A stretch of 59,528 bases of DNA from a virus. Taxonomy: Duplodnaviria > Caudoviricetes. Positions 10,060-18,843 of this stretch are shown here, piece after piece. How positions within the stretch are numbered: the first letter of the stretch is position 1; the number at the start of each line of letters is the position of its first letter. The stretch covers positions 1-59,528 of the IMG/VR virus record IMGVR_UViG_3300037780_000215. The stretch is one strand, 5' to 3'. A model generated the notes under the pieces. The model did no database searches. It was not told the origin of the DNA and saw only the letters and a list, made by a program, of their open reading frames with translations. A program made the position numbers and the translations under genes.

Positions 10060-10682
10060 CAGCCTCTAATCCACTGGAAGCATTCGAAGGATTGACGATA
10101 GATTTGGAAGCGATTGGCGGTGATCTCGTGCCGCGGCCGCCTCATGAGCATTTCTGCCCGCGGGTTCGATGTCCGGATCACCGCGTTGTCGGCCGGGGCC
10201 CAATAGAGCGGCGGCCAGACCTCCAGTTCGGCGTCGCCGCCGGCACCCGTTACCTCGACGTCGCCGCCGACATTCTGGAGCAGCCAGGAATATCCGTTGG
10301 CCGGGACCTCGATGTAATCGCCCCACTTGATGACGAAGCCGGTCGCCCATCCATCCGTGACCAGAGCCGTGCCCTTCTGGCTCGCGCCCTTCACCTTCGG
10401 AGCGCCAGGGCTGGTTCCGGTCGCCGCCTCGTAGATCATCTGCGAGGTATGCGGCGGCGACAGGTAGAAGGCGGAGGTGATCCCCTTCGTCAGCGCACCC
10501 GCCCAGGCCATGGCGTCAGCGCGCCGCTTCGGGTGAAGCGTGATCGCGGCTTCCCAGCGCCCCCCGTAGCGGGCCTCGATCTGGGTGACACGGCTGATCG
10601 CAGACGTGTGTTCGCCGCGATTGTCGTCTGTGATGAAATTCACGCTGTCGTGGCTGGCGCAGGCCGGAAGTGCGAAGACCAT
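10059..10682 (-). CDS. Distal tail protein
   Basis: Follows the tape measure gene; GGRWEAAITL and LEVWPPL motifs typical of alphaproteobacterial phage Dit proteins. Confidence 0.65.
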   Translation of the reverse strand: MVFALPACASHDSVNFITDDNRGEHTSAISRVTQIEARYGGRWEAAITLHPKRRADAMAWAGALTKGITSAFYLSPPHTSQMIYEAATGTSPGAPKVKGASQKGTALVTDGWATGFVIKWGDYIEVPANGYSWLLQNVGGDVEVTGAGGDAELEVWPPLYWAPADNAVIRTSNPRAEMLMRRPRHEITANRFQIYRQSFECFQWIRG

Positions 10683-10685
10683 GCT

Positions 10686-13600
10686 CTATCCTCCCTGCAT
10701 ACGGATGCGGATGCCCTGGCGCTTCTCCATGGCCTGAACGGCTTGGATCGCGCCCTCTTGCGCTGCCTGATCGGCGATGTTGCGGATTGTCTCGTCGCCA
10801 TTGGCGCCGGTGAGGTCGATGGTCTGGCGGAAGTTGATGACCGACGCGCCAACTGCCGGCCGTTGCGCCGCCGCACCACCGGCGCCAAGTTTCACCGGCT
10901 CGATGCGGACACCACCATTCGGAAGGGCACGGACGCGCTCCATGCCGGTTTCTCCGACAAAGCCCCACTGGCCAGGGGCGAGACTTCCGCCCTTGTCGAA
11001 GAAGCCGCCAAAGCCGGCGATCTGCATTGCTGTCCCAATGAGCCCCCCGCCCCCGGATCCGCCGACAACGGACGCCGCGGTGATCGAAGCGGCCATAGCC
11101 GCGCCCGCCGCCGCACCTGCTGTCGTGATCGCTGCGGCCATGGTCGCTGCAGCCGTTGCGCCGGATGTCGTCACGGCAGTCGCCATGGGTGCGGCTGCGG
11201 CCGATCCTTGTGCCGCGCCCTCGGCCGAAGCCTTGGCCAGGTTCGCGGGGACGTCGAAGATTGCGTCATAGATCTGGCCGCCAAGGTTCTGGAAGGCCCG
11301 ATCGACGGCAGAGCCGAATGCGGTATCAAGCAGGTTTTTCAGATCGCCGGACAATGCCGCCCGCGCGGTGTCCGAGAAGCCCTGAGAAAACGCGGCCCGC
11401 CCCTCGCCGTACTCGCGAGCCCGATCGTGTTCGTCGGCCTCGCGCGTTGCCTGGTTTCGGGCCTGCGCCTTTTGAATGCCGAGCTCGGTGAGTTCAGCGA
11501 TCCGTTCGCGGATACGGACTTCCCGCTCCAGCGATCGCAGCTGAGTTTCATCGCCGCGCAGCTGGGCAATGGTCAGCTCGTGGCCGATCTGCGCCTCGAC
11601 AAGACGGTTCAGTCGTTCCTGCGCGTCCGCCTGCTCCTGGATCTCCTTCATGGCCTCGTGACGGTCGGCCGCGGCTGCCAGCGCGTCGGTCTGTTCGCGC
11701 AGCGAGGCCATGGCCGCGTTCAGGCGCTCGACCTCCTCGCGGTACCGCGCTTCCGTTATCAAGCCCCGCTGACGCTGAGCGTCCAGCGCCGCCAAGCTGT
11801 CGGCGGTCGCGGCCTGGGCCTCGCCGATATCGCTGAGCAACGACAGGTAGTCGTCGAACTGACCGCCGCGCATGGCGCCCTCAGCGACGCGCAATGCGCG
11901 CGCAAATTCCCGCTCGGTCTCGATCAGGTCGCGCAGGGCGTCGGCCTCTCGCCGCAAGCGCTGTTCCCGTTCGCGCCGGGCGTCGGACGCGGCCCCTGGA
12001 TTGGTTCCGTTGTTGAGCGCGTCGATATAACCCTGCAGCACCTCGATGACGCGACGATAGCGCGCCGCCTCGGTCTCAAGAGCGTCCACCTCCGCCCTGG
12101 CGTCAGAGGACAGGGTGAAGAAGCCGCCGCCGCCCGAAATCTCGTCGGTGATGCCGATCCCGGCCGACACCATTTCCGCGGCGCGCACGGCATGAATCGC
12201 GGCTTCGATCTGCTGGAGCGCGTCGACTTGCCGCTGCATCGCCGTCGTCGCGGCATCAATCGCTTCCGTGCGCTGCATCTCATTGAGCATGCGTTGCGCT
12301 TCGCCGGTATCGCCGAGGGTATCGGTCACGGACTCCAGGACGTCTTCGAGATCCTGATTTGCGCGGGCGGCCAGCTCGGCGACGTTCACCGCATCGCGTG
12401 TGCGGTCGGCGATCCGGCCTGCCTCTTCGGACAGGTCCTCAAAGCCCTCTGTCAGCATGTCGACGGATTGCCGGGAGGATTGAAGTTGCTGTTCCAGGGC
12501 CTCCATCTCACGCCGCGCTGCCGCGGCCTCTCTGGCGCCCATCTCTTCGCGCTGTTCGATCGAAAGGCCGCGAGTTCCCTCGCCAGCAGCGACGTTGGTT
12601 TCGGCCCGGCGCGCCGCATCCGCATAGGCGCGCTCAAGGCGTTCGAGCTCCCGGCGCTGTTCGATCAGTGCGCGACGAACGATTTCCAGATTGTCGAGGC
12701 GCCGCGCTTCCATAAGGGCGTGCTGGGCGGCCGCGGCGGCTTCAGTGGAAGCGCCATACTCGTCGGTCTGCTCGCCAAGGATCGCCAGAGCGCGATTGAG
12801 CCGGTCCGCGCGCGAGGCTGCATTCTGGCTTTCGATCGCGAGATAGCCGACAGCCGTGGCAATCGCGGTGATCATCAGGCCAACGGGGTTCGTCACCAGG
12901 AACATCAGGGACGCGCGCAGTGCACCGAACGCCCGTGAAGCCGCGATCGACATTGCCATGGCCCGCCCGAGCGCCCCGCTGGCACCGGTCGTCGCCGCGG
13001 CGAAGGCGATCATGGCGGGGATTGCGGCAGCGACAGCCCGGCCGGCGAGGACACCTCCAATAGCGGTCGCCGCAACGATTGCGGCCTCCGCCAATGCATC
13101 GAGGTTGCGCGACACATAGTCGATGAAGCCGGCCAAATTCTCGGACGCATTCGTGGCATCGTCGAGCTCGGCGATATACATCGCAGCCCGGGTGCGCAGG
13201 TTCTCGAGGGACTGCCCGACCGTCGCGGTCGTCGCATCGAACTGCGACTCGATGCTTTCGCCCGCGGCAAGAACGGCGCTGAGCACGATTTCGGACGTGA
13301 TCTTGCCCTCCGCACCCAGATCCCGCAGCGCACCGATGCCGACCCCCATCGCATCGGCGATCGCGCGCGCCACGAGCGGAGCGTTTTCCCGGATAGACCG
13401 CAACTCCTCACCCATCAGCTGTTCCGATGCGAGACCTTGGGCAAGCTGCAGGATTGCGGACCGACGCTCCGTCCCGGTGGCGCCGCCGGCGACGAAAGCC
13501 ATGTTCGTCAGCTCGACGAACCGCCGCAGCTCGGCCTGGCTTCGCCCCAGTTGCCGCGCGGCTCGCTCTGTACGGGCATATAGCGTCACCGTAGGTGCCA

Positions 13601-13958
13601 TGGCAGAGCGAGTATCCAGTGCGACCTGCGCGAGCTGCTGCATCGAGGAGACAGGCGCATTCACGGCCGCCGCGACGGACTTCAGCGCGTTTTCCTGTTC
13701 GGTCCAGGCATCGGCGAGGCGGCCCAGGTCGCGCACGGCGAACCCGGTTCCCAGCGCGGCGATCGCCATCCGGAACTGCCGGCCGATATTGTCTCCGGTG
13801 CGCGAGACCCGGCGCTCCATGGAGTTGAAGCGACGCTCGACCTTGTCGGCCGCCCCATAGGTGGCCCGGATGATTTTCTGCGTCTCGTTCCGGTAGCGCG
13901 TGAAATCCGCGCTGAACTGGACGATCAGCTTTGCGAGATCTTCGTCGGTGACGGCCAC
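10686..13958 (-). CDS. Tail tape measure protein
   Basis: 1090 aa, Ala-rich helical; AILQLAQGLASEQLMGEELRSIRENAP tape-measure motif; C-terminal GFFDKGG...FVGETGME. Confidence 0.95.
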   Translation of the reverse strand: MAVTDEDLAKLIVQFSADFTRYRNETQKIIRATYGAADKVERRFNSMERRVSRTGDNIGRQFRMAIAALGTGFAVRDLGRLADAWTEQENALKSVAAAVNAPVSSMQQLAQVALDTRSAMAPTVTLYARTERAARQLGRSQAELRRFVELTNMAFVAGGATGTERRSAILQLAQGLASEQLMGEELRSIRENAPLVARAIADAMGVGIGALRDLGAEGKITSEIVLSAVLAAGESIESQFDATTATVGQSLENLRTRAAMYIAELDDATNASENLAGFIDYVSRNLDALAEAAIVAATAIGGVLAGRAVAAAIPAMIAFAAATTGASGALGRAMAMSIAASRAFGALRASLMFLVTNPVGLMITAIATAVGYLAIESQNAASRADRLNRALAILGEQTDEYGASTEAAAAAQHALMEARRLDNLEIVRRALIEQRRELERLERAYADAARRAETNVAAGEGTRGLSIEQREEMGAREAAAARREMEALEQQLQSSRQSVDMLTEGFEDLSEEAGRIADRTRDAVNVAELAARANQDLEDVLESVTDTLGDTGEAQRMLNEMQRTEAIDAATTAMQRQVDALQQIEAAIHAVRAAEMVSAGIGITDEISGGGGFFTLSSDARAEVDALETEAARYRRVIEVLQGYIDALNNGTNPGAASDARREREQRLRREADALRDLIETEREFARALRVAEGAMRGGQFDDYLSLLSDIGEAQAATADSLAALDAQRQRGLITEARYREEVERLNAAMASLREQTDALAAAADRHEAMKEIQEQADAQERLNRLVEAQIGHELTIAQLRGDETQLRSLEREVRIRERIAELTELGIQKAQARNQATREADEHDRAREYGEGRAAFSQGFSDTARAALSGDLKNLLDTAFGSAVDRAFQNLGGQIYDAIFDVPANLAKASAEGAAQGSAAAAPMATAVTTSGATAAATMAAAITTAGAAAGAAMAASITAASVVGGSGGGGLIGTAMQIAGFGGFFDKGGSLAPGQWGFVGETGMERVRALPNGGVRIEPVKLGAGGAAAQRPAVGASVINFRQTIDLTGANGDETIRNIADQAAQEGAIQAVQAMEKRQGIRIRMQGG

Positions 13959-14002
13959 GAGCTACCTTTCAGACGGCAAAAAGCCCGCGCAAGGCGGGCG
14001 GC

Positions 14003-14031
14003 TTAACAGTTTCGGTTGTTCTGGCTATGCT
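14003..14031 (+). promoter_or_regulatory. Sigma70-like promoter for the antisense lipoprotein gene
   Basis: TTAACA-N17-TATGCT, followed by GGAGG and ATG at 14053. Confidence 0.5.
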
Positions 14032-14052
14032 CACACCAGCGGAGGTATGCTG

Positions 14053-14343
14053 ATGCGAAATCTATTCTGGGCGGCACCGGCAATCTGTCTGGCCGTTTCC
14101 GCATGCTCGACCACGGGGCCATACGAGCTGGCCGCCGATCTTGAACCCGGGACTTCGACGCTCGACGACGCCATCGAGCTTATGGGTGAGCCCTATTCGC
14201 ATTCCGTTCTCGCGAACGGGACGGAACTCTACCAATGGTTCGGCCGCGGACTTTTCCCGGGTGATCACGTCGCCATTCTGTTCGACCAGCATGGCGTCAT
14301 GATCCAGACCCAGATTCGAACCCGGACGATGACGCGGATTTAG
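14053..14343 (+). CDS. Small lipoprotein (moron), SmpA/OmlA-like
   Basis: Signal peptide and lipobox CLAVSA-C; LEPGTSTLDDAIELMGEP; opposite strand to the tail operon. Confidence 0.7.
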   Translation: MRNLFWAAPAICLAVSACSTTGPYELAADLEPGTSTLDDAIELMGEPYSHSVLANGTELYQWFGRGLFPGDHVAILFDQHGVMIQTQIRTRTMTRI

Positions 14344-14593
14344 CGGCCCACCTGGCCGCCGACGCTGCGACGGCCTCCTCGAACTCCTCGTCCGTAGGTG
14401 GCTCGTCCTTCGGCTTCACTCCATTGGCGTGGTTGTAGCCGTCCATGCAGGCCAGAAGCTCCCAGGGCGTCATCTCATCGACCTGGCGCGGCGAGAAACC
14501 GAACACGGCGCCTAGCCCGTAGATGTCGGCGGCTCGCATTCGTCCGCCGGGGAGAGGTTTTCTTGGGGCTCCCCCTCCCCTTGCGGTTTTCCC
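14297..14593 (-). CDS. Tail assembly chaperone C-terminal (-1 frameshift, gpGT-like) segment
   Basis: The -1 frame from the G GGA AAA slippery site is open into MRAADIYGLGAVFGFSPRQVDEMTPWEL. Confidence 0.75.
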   Translation of the reverse strand, partial: GKTARGGGAPRKPLPGGRMRAADIYGLGAVFGFSPRQVDEMTPWELLACMDGYNHANGVKPKDEPPTDEEFEEAVAASAARWAAKSASSSGFESGSGS

Positions 14594-14967
14594 ACCGGCT
14601 CATCCGGGACGCCGGCGAGGAACGCCCCGATGATCACGGTGGCCAGCCGAACATTGTTCAGCCAATCCGGGACATCCTTGACGTATCGCTGAACCAGAGC
14701 GGCAGCATCGTTCGGCTTCATGCCGCCGCCCTCGAGGCCGAGGCGGATCGTTTGGGCGACATCCTCGATCCGATAGTCACCAGCGCCGCCCAACAGCAGC
14801 GCGATGTCGTCCGGGATATCGTCATTGCCAACAGTGCCGCCCATGGACCGGAACATCAGCTCCAGGCCCTTGTTGCGCAGGCGTTCCAGCTCCAGTGCCT
14901 CGCCGTAGCGGAGCTGGAACGCCCGTTCTTCACCGCCGAAAACGCGGTAGACCTTCGATGTCGCCAT
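14512..14967 (-). CDS. Tail assembly chaperone (gpG-like)
   Basis: Between tail tube and tape measure genes; TIRLGLEGGGM motif; TAATG coupling. Confidence 0.8.
   Translation of the reverse strand: MATSKVYRVFGGEERAFQLRYGEALELERLRNKGLELMFRSMGGTVGNDDIPDDIALLLGGAGDYRIEDVAQTIRLGLEGGGMKPNDAAALVQRYVKDVPDWLNNVRLATVIIGAFLAGVPDEPVGKPQGEGEPQENLSPADECEPPTSTG
14587..14593 (-). other. Programmed -1 ribosomal frameshift site GGGAAAA
   Basis: In-frame GTG GGA AAA (X XXY YYZ), like lambda G/T GGGAAAG. Confidence 0.8.
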
Positions 14968-15425
14968 TACGAGGTCAGCGCCGCGATGTCGGTGGCCTGG
15001 AAGTTGTGCGAAGCGATCGAGATTTCGCACTCGGCGGACTGCGTCCGCTGCGCCGTGATCCGGAACCCGGTGATCACGATCTGGCAGCTGATCTCGACGG
15101 CGCCCGTGGCATCGGCAGTGCCGATCTCGATGATGGCGTTGATCGGCTGGCCAGCCGCCCAGAGGTCAAGGTACGCCTTCGCGTTGTCCTGGTGCAGCTT
15201 GCCGGAACCGGAGCCGGTGAACTGAATGGATTCGGCGTTGCGCAGAACGGACGCCGGCAGCGAGCCGTCGGAACAGTCCGGGATCATCTCGTCCGTGAAC
15301 GTGGCAGAGAATTCCAGCGCCTTTTCGCCGTTGATCAGGCAGGGCTGCGCGATGGTTTCCGGCGAGGCGCCGTCACCAATTTTCAGAAGGACCTGATTAT
15401 AGGCCACGCGAGTCGGTTGTGCCAT
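14967..15425 (-). CDS. Major tail tube protein
   Basis: VLLKIGDGASPET...PC and GSGSGKL motifs; strong RBS AAAGGA. Confidence 0.85.
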   Translation of the reverse strand: MAQPTRVAYNQVLLKIGDGASPETIAQPCLINGEKALEFSATFTDEMIPDCSDGSLPASVLRNAESIQFTGSGSGKLHQDNAKAYLDLWAAGQPINAIIEIGTADATGAVEISCQIVITGFRITAQRTQSAECEISIASHNFQATDIAALTS

Positions 15426-15495
15426 GGATGTTTCCTTTCATGCACAAAAAAGCCCGCCAGTGGCGGGGCGGGTTGGTTGATGATGGCCAGTGGCC

Positions 15496-15909
15496 CTAGC
15501 TCGTCGTCTCGATCTGGTATCGAAGCTCGACGATTCCGTGCGACTGCGCTGGATCGGGATCGTCCAGGCAGCGCGAATTCAAGAACTCGACGCCGATCAC
15601 CGTGTAGCCGGTCAGCGTGAGCGCAGTGTTGAGAACCCTGCGGATCCGGTCGTTGATCGCCCAGACCTGCTCATGGCTCGATGTCCGGGACCAGACATGC
15701 GCGGTGAGATAGACCTCGGACATCTCGGCGCAGTCATCATCGTCTCCGACGACCTGATAGAGCATGTTGATATACGGGTATTGCCGCTCGCCGGCCGGGA
15801 CCTTGTTGAACACCCGCGGCGTCGTGCCGAACAGAGCGATGAGCCCCGCATCGGCAATCAGCGCCGTCCGCGCCGCGACCTGGACCGCATATTCGATTCC
15901 GCCGCTCAT
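15496..15909 (-). CDS. Tail terminator (DUF3168-like)
   Basis: RVFNKVP...YPYI, LTAHVWSR and HGIVELR motifs. Confidence 0.8.
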   Translation of the reverse strand: MSGGIEYAVQVAARTALIADAGLIALFGTTPRVFNKVPAGERQYPYINMLYQVVGDDDDCAEMSEVYLTAHVWSRTSSHEQVWAINDRIRRVLNTALTLTGYTVIGVEFLNSRCLDDPDPAQSHGIVELRYQIETTS

Positions 15910-16277
15910 AGGTGCTTCCTCATCGCATATCGGACCATCCGAGACGTCCGGCCGCGCATCGCTCGCTTCAGGGCCCTATAGGACCCGAAGAAGAACGGAT
16001 TGGCCGACGTCGTCGATGTCCCGTGCTCATGCCAGCGCGCGTAGTAGGCCTGAAGCGAGCCGGCGGTGACTTGAACTCCGGGCCCCTTCTTGAAATCGAC
16101 CGGCTTCCACTCGATCGAGTTCATCAGATCGAGTTCTTCTTTGCCGACCAGGCGCTTTTGCATCGCGGTCAGCTGCTCGGCATTCCTTTCCATCGAACGG
16201 ACCGCCGCGTCTTCCATCGCGCGTTCGATCCGGAGCAGTTTCCGGATCATTTCTTCGGTCCCGTAGACCTTTGCCAT
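15906..16277 (-). CDS. HK97 gp10-like tail completion protein
   Basis: YYARWHEHGT...ANPFF motif. Confidence 0.85.
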   Translation of the reverse strand: MAKVYGTEEMIRKLLRIERAMEDAAVRSMERNAEQLTAMQKRLVGKEELDLMNSIEWKPVDFKKGPGVQVTAGSLQAYYARWHEHGTSTTSANPFFFGSYRALKRAMRGRTSRMVRYAMRKHL

Positions 16278-16651
16278 CAGCCCGGCGTGCCGCCTGTTTT
16301 TGCGGTGAAGGCGAGGTATCGGCCGGTTCCATCCGGATCGACCGGGGCGTGCTTGATATAGAAGGCACGCTGCTGCCCGTTGAGCTCAAGCGCACGGTCG
16401 CTGGCGACGATAACCATCGCCTCGGAGCAGTTACGCACGATGATGTCCCAGATCACCTCGCCCTCCAGACGATCGGCAATCACCTTTTCCCCGCCTCCGC
16501 GCGGCCGGACCTGGGCCCAGAGCGTCAGATCGGGATCAAGGGCCTCCCAGTCGCCCGAAACGGGGCTGCCGGCGGCGTTGAGAGTGTCCTCGCCCTTGCG
16601 CTGGATCCGCAGCTCGGTGTCGAGCGTGACGCCTTTACGCCTCGTCTTCAT
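16277..16651 (-). CDS. Head closure / head-tail adaptor
   Basis: LRIQRK...W...LWAQVRPRGGGE...IIVR pattern; position in head-tail module. Confidence 0.8.
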   Translation of the reverse strand: MKTRRKGVTLDTELRIQRKGEDTLNAAGSPVSGDWEALDPDLTLWAQVRPRGGGEKVIADRLEGEVIWDIIVRNCSEAMVIVASDRALELNGQQRAFYIKHAPVDPDGTGRYLAFTAKTGGTPG

Positions 16652-16880
16652 GGCTCGCGCCCTGGGCGTCGCCGGCTTCCGCGGCATCCGGCGCCGGAGC
16701 GGCCGGCTCTTCCACCTTGCGCGGCTTCTGCGACCGGCGCGCCGCACCCTTGGCGATTGCCCGTTCAGCGCACTCTCGCGTGACCTGTCGCGGTTCATCG
16801 CTCGGCTTGTAGACCACCGTCGCCCGGCGATCGGCATCCGGGGTGAAGTGAAACTTCTCGGTGAATACGACCCAGACCAT
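16635..16880 (-). CDS. Small hypothetical protein
   Basis: GGAGG RBS; RECAERAIAKGAA motif common in phage head modules. Confidence 0.6.
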   Translation of the reverse strand: MVWVVFTEKFHFTPDADRRATVVYKPSDEPRQVTRECAERAIAKGAARRSQKPRKVEEPAAPAPDAAEAGDAQGASHEDEA

Positions 16881-16889
16881 GGCGGCCTC

Positions 16890-17501
16890 CTATATCCAGT
16901 TGGTGCGATACGGCGCGAGCAGACGCTCGACCGCCTTGTCGATCTGCATGGCCCCGGCCGGATCCTCGGCGTCCTTGTCGTCGAAGGCCTGCTTGACCAA
17001 CAGCTTGAGCGCTTCCTTGATCGGTGTCGGCACATTCGCCGCGTGATCCTCTGGGCTCAGCCCATCGCTGGGATATCCGGCGACAAAGCGGACCGTCACA
17101 GCCTCCGGAACGTCGTATGTCGTCGGCCAGTTCTGCTCGTAGGCCGGCTGGATAGCGCCGCCCATGGAGGCCCCGACACCGAACACTTGATAGAGCGACG
17201 GATCGAGCGTCTGGCTGTCACCATTGCTGTCCAGATAGGTGATGCTCGTCACCGAGCGCAGCGGCGCCATCGGGACATCTATGCAGGCCGGGAAGAAGTC
17301 GAGCTTCATATCGAAGGTCTCTTCGACCAGACAGCGGCCCAGCCAGCCATTGATCCCGGCGATTTGCTCGCGCGCCGCACTGATCAGCGCCGCGATATAG
17401 GCATCCTGCGAGCTGTGCGTCACCTTGAGGTGCGCCTTGGCCTCGTCTGTCGTGATCGGCTCGGCCGCGGGTGCGCTGACCTGGATCAGGTGTCCATGCA
17501 T
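16890..17501 (-). CDS. Head-tail connector (gp6 / phiE125 gp8-like)
   Basis: EPITTDEAKAHLKV...LISAARE, VTVRFVAGY, VPTPIKEALKLLV, LLAPYR. Confidence 0.9.
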   Translation of the reverse strand: MHGHLIQVSAPAAEPITTDEAKAHLKVTHSSQDAYIAALISAAREQIAGINGWLGRCLVEETFDMKLDFFPACIDVPMAPLRSVTSITYLDSNGDSQTLDPSLYQVFGVGASMGGAIQPAYEQNWPTTYDVPEAVTVRFVAGYPSDGLSPEDHAANVPTPIKEALKLLVKQAFDDKDAEDPAGAMQIDKAVERLLAPYRTNWI

Positions 17502-18262
17502 GTCCTCACGACCTCCCAAGCGGTTCCATCTTCGATTTCGCCATCGCGCCACTGCGCCCAGGCCAGCCGGTTGCACCATTCCGCGCGATCTCCGGCGAAT
17601 ACCGGCTCGTCAAGCGTGTGCGACGACACCGGCCAGGCTATGGCGCCTCGGTCCATCGTGATCGTCGGCACGCCCGCCAATACCGCCTCGATGCCCGTGG
17701 TCGAATTGAAGGTGACGACGAGACCGGCGCCGGCGAGATCGGCCTCGAGGGGGCGTGTCGCGCAAACATTGGGGTGATGCCTGTATCGGCATTCAAGGCC
17801 CAGGCTCGCGATCTCGTTCTCGACCCCGGCGCGCCACCCGTTGAAGTCGACACCGTCGATCGATGCGTCCCCCGGGGTTTGCCCGATGACGAGAACGTAT
17901 CCCTGCCGGATCTGCCAGTCTTCAAGGTGCGAACCATGTTCGCGCCGGAAGCGCTCGCCACCATCCATGCAGGCCGGATACCGGCCCCGGCCGGCGAGCC
18001 CATCCCATCCCAGCGATGTCCATTCCATGCGCGGCTGGATGTGTCCTCGCTCCATCACCAGAACAGGAACGCCACGCGCCCTGCAGTCCTCGATGATGCG
18101 ATCCTGGCGCCAGCCCCAGACCACCGCGAAATCGCCGTCGCTCGGCGTGTTGAAATTGCAGGCCTGCGGCTCGATGCCGTGGCGCCGAAGACCAGAGGCC
18201 ATCAGCGCAGCATATGCCCGCTGGTGCTCGGCCTGGTTGGCGTGGATCGAAGCGCGCATCAC
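17486..18262 (-). CDS. KpsC/KpsS (Capsule_synth)-like glycosyltransferase
   Basis: VLVMERG, VLVIGQTPGDAS, YRHHP and VVTFNSTTGIEAVLAGVP match the Q..D, HP and T.NS..G.EA motifs of CMP-Kdo transferases. Confidence 0.75.
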   Translation of the reverse strand: MMRASIHANQAEHQRAYAALMASGLRRHGIEPQACNFNTPSDGDFAVVWGWRQDRIIEDCRARGVPVLVMERGHIQPRMEWTSLGWDGLAGRGRYPACMDGGERFRREHGSHLEDWQIRQGYVLVIGQTPGDASIDGVDFNGWRAGVENEIASLGLECRYRHHPNVCATRPLEADLAGAGLVVTFNSTTGIEAVLAGVPTITMDRGAIAWPVSSHTLDEPVFAGDRAEWCNRLAWAQWRDGEIEDGTAWEVVRTCMDT

Positions 18263-18843
18263 CAGGCCTCGTCTGCTGAGATAAGGCGAACGTCGGCGCG
18301 CCCAGCGAAATCGGCCAAGACGCGGCGCTCGAGGTCATAAGCATGACGCCCGGACCGCGCGCAGCCGGCGCCCTGCGCTGGTCGCGACGGGCAGGCCCGC
18401 GAATAGGGACCGATATGGCCCGTCAGGAGTCCGTCGAACCCCACGAGAACCGCCTCTCTGGCGCCCATCTTCAAGACGCCCATGACAATGGCCATCAGCC
18501 CCCGCGTCGGCTCGTAACGGCCCAGCGGGTCGAGAATGCTTTCCAGCGTCGTCCCGTATGTGCTCATAGGACGGTTTTTCAGGACCGCTGGCGGCTCCAT
18601 TCGGACCGGCCGATTGGCCAACATGTAGCAAAGCCAGCCCTTTGCCGGCACCCGCTCGATGGCCTTCGATGCACGATCCAGCCAGGGGCCGGGCAGAACG
18701 CCGAAGTCGTAGCGGGTGCCGTGATCGGCTGCCCCCTGCCAATCGCAATCATGAAGACGCACGACCGGATGGGCGTCGATCTTTCGGCCCCACCCCCGGC
18801 CGTCTGGCGAGGCCCCGTGTCCGACGATGACGATGCGGCTCAT
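18259..18843 (-). CDS. GT29 sialyltransferase-like protein
   Basis: Sialylmotif-L-like IVIVGHG...G.KIDAH.VVR.....DHGTR; motif-S-like PTRGLMAI...LVGFDG; VS-like HAYDLE. Confidence 0.65.
   Translation of the reverse strand: MSRIVIVGHGASPDGRGWGRKIDAHPVVRLHDCDWQGAADHGTRYDFGVLPGPWLDRASKAIERVPAKGWLCYMLANRPVRMEPPAVLKNRPMSTYGTTLESILDPLGRYEPTRGLMAIVMGVLKMGAREAVLVGFDGLLTGHIGPYSRACPSRPAQGAGCARSGRHAYDLERRVLADFAGRADVRLISADEAW

Noticed and set aside
10050-12938. 962-aa plus-strand ORF and other long antisense ORFs (7802-9154, 20342-21760, 23078-24631, 24571-25980, 41599-43083, 50970-52451)
   Set aside because: Antisense shadows of high-GC genes; no motifs, and they are opposite well-supported CDSs.
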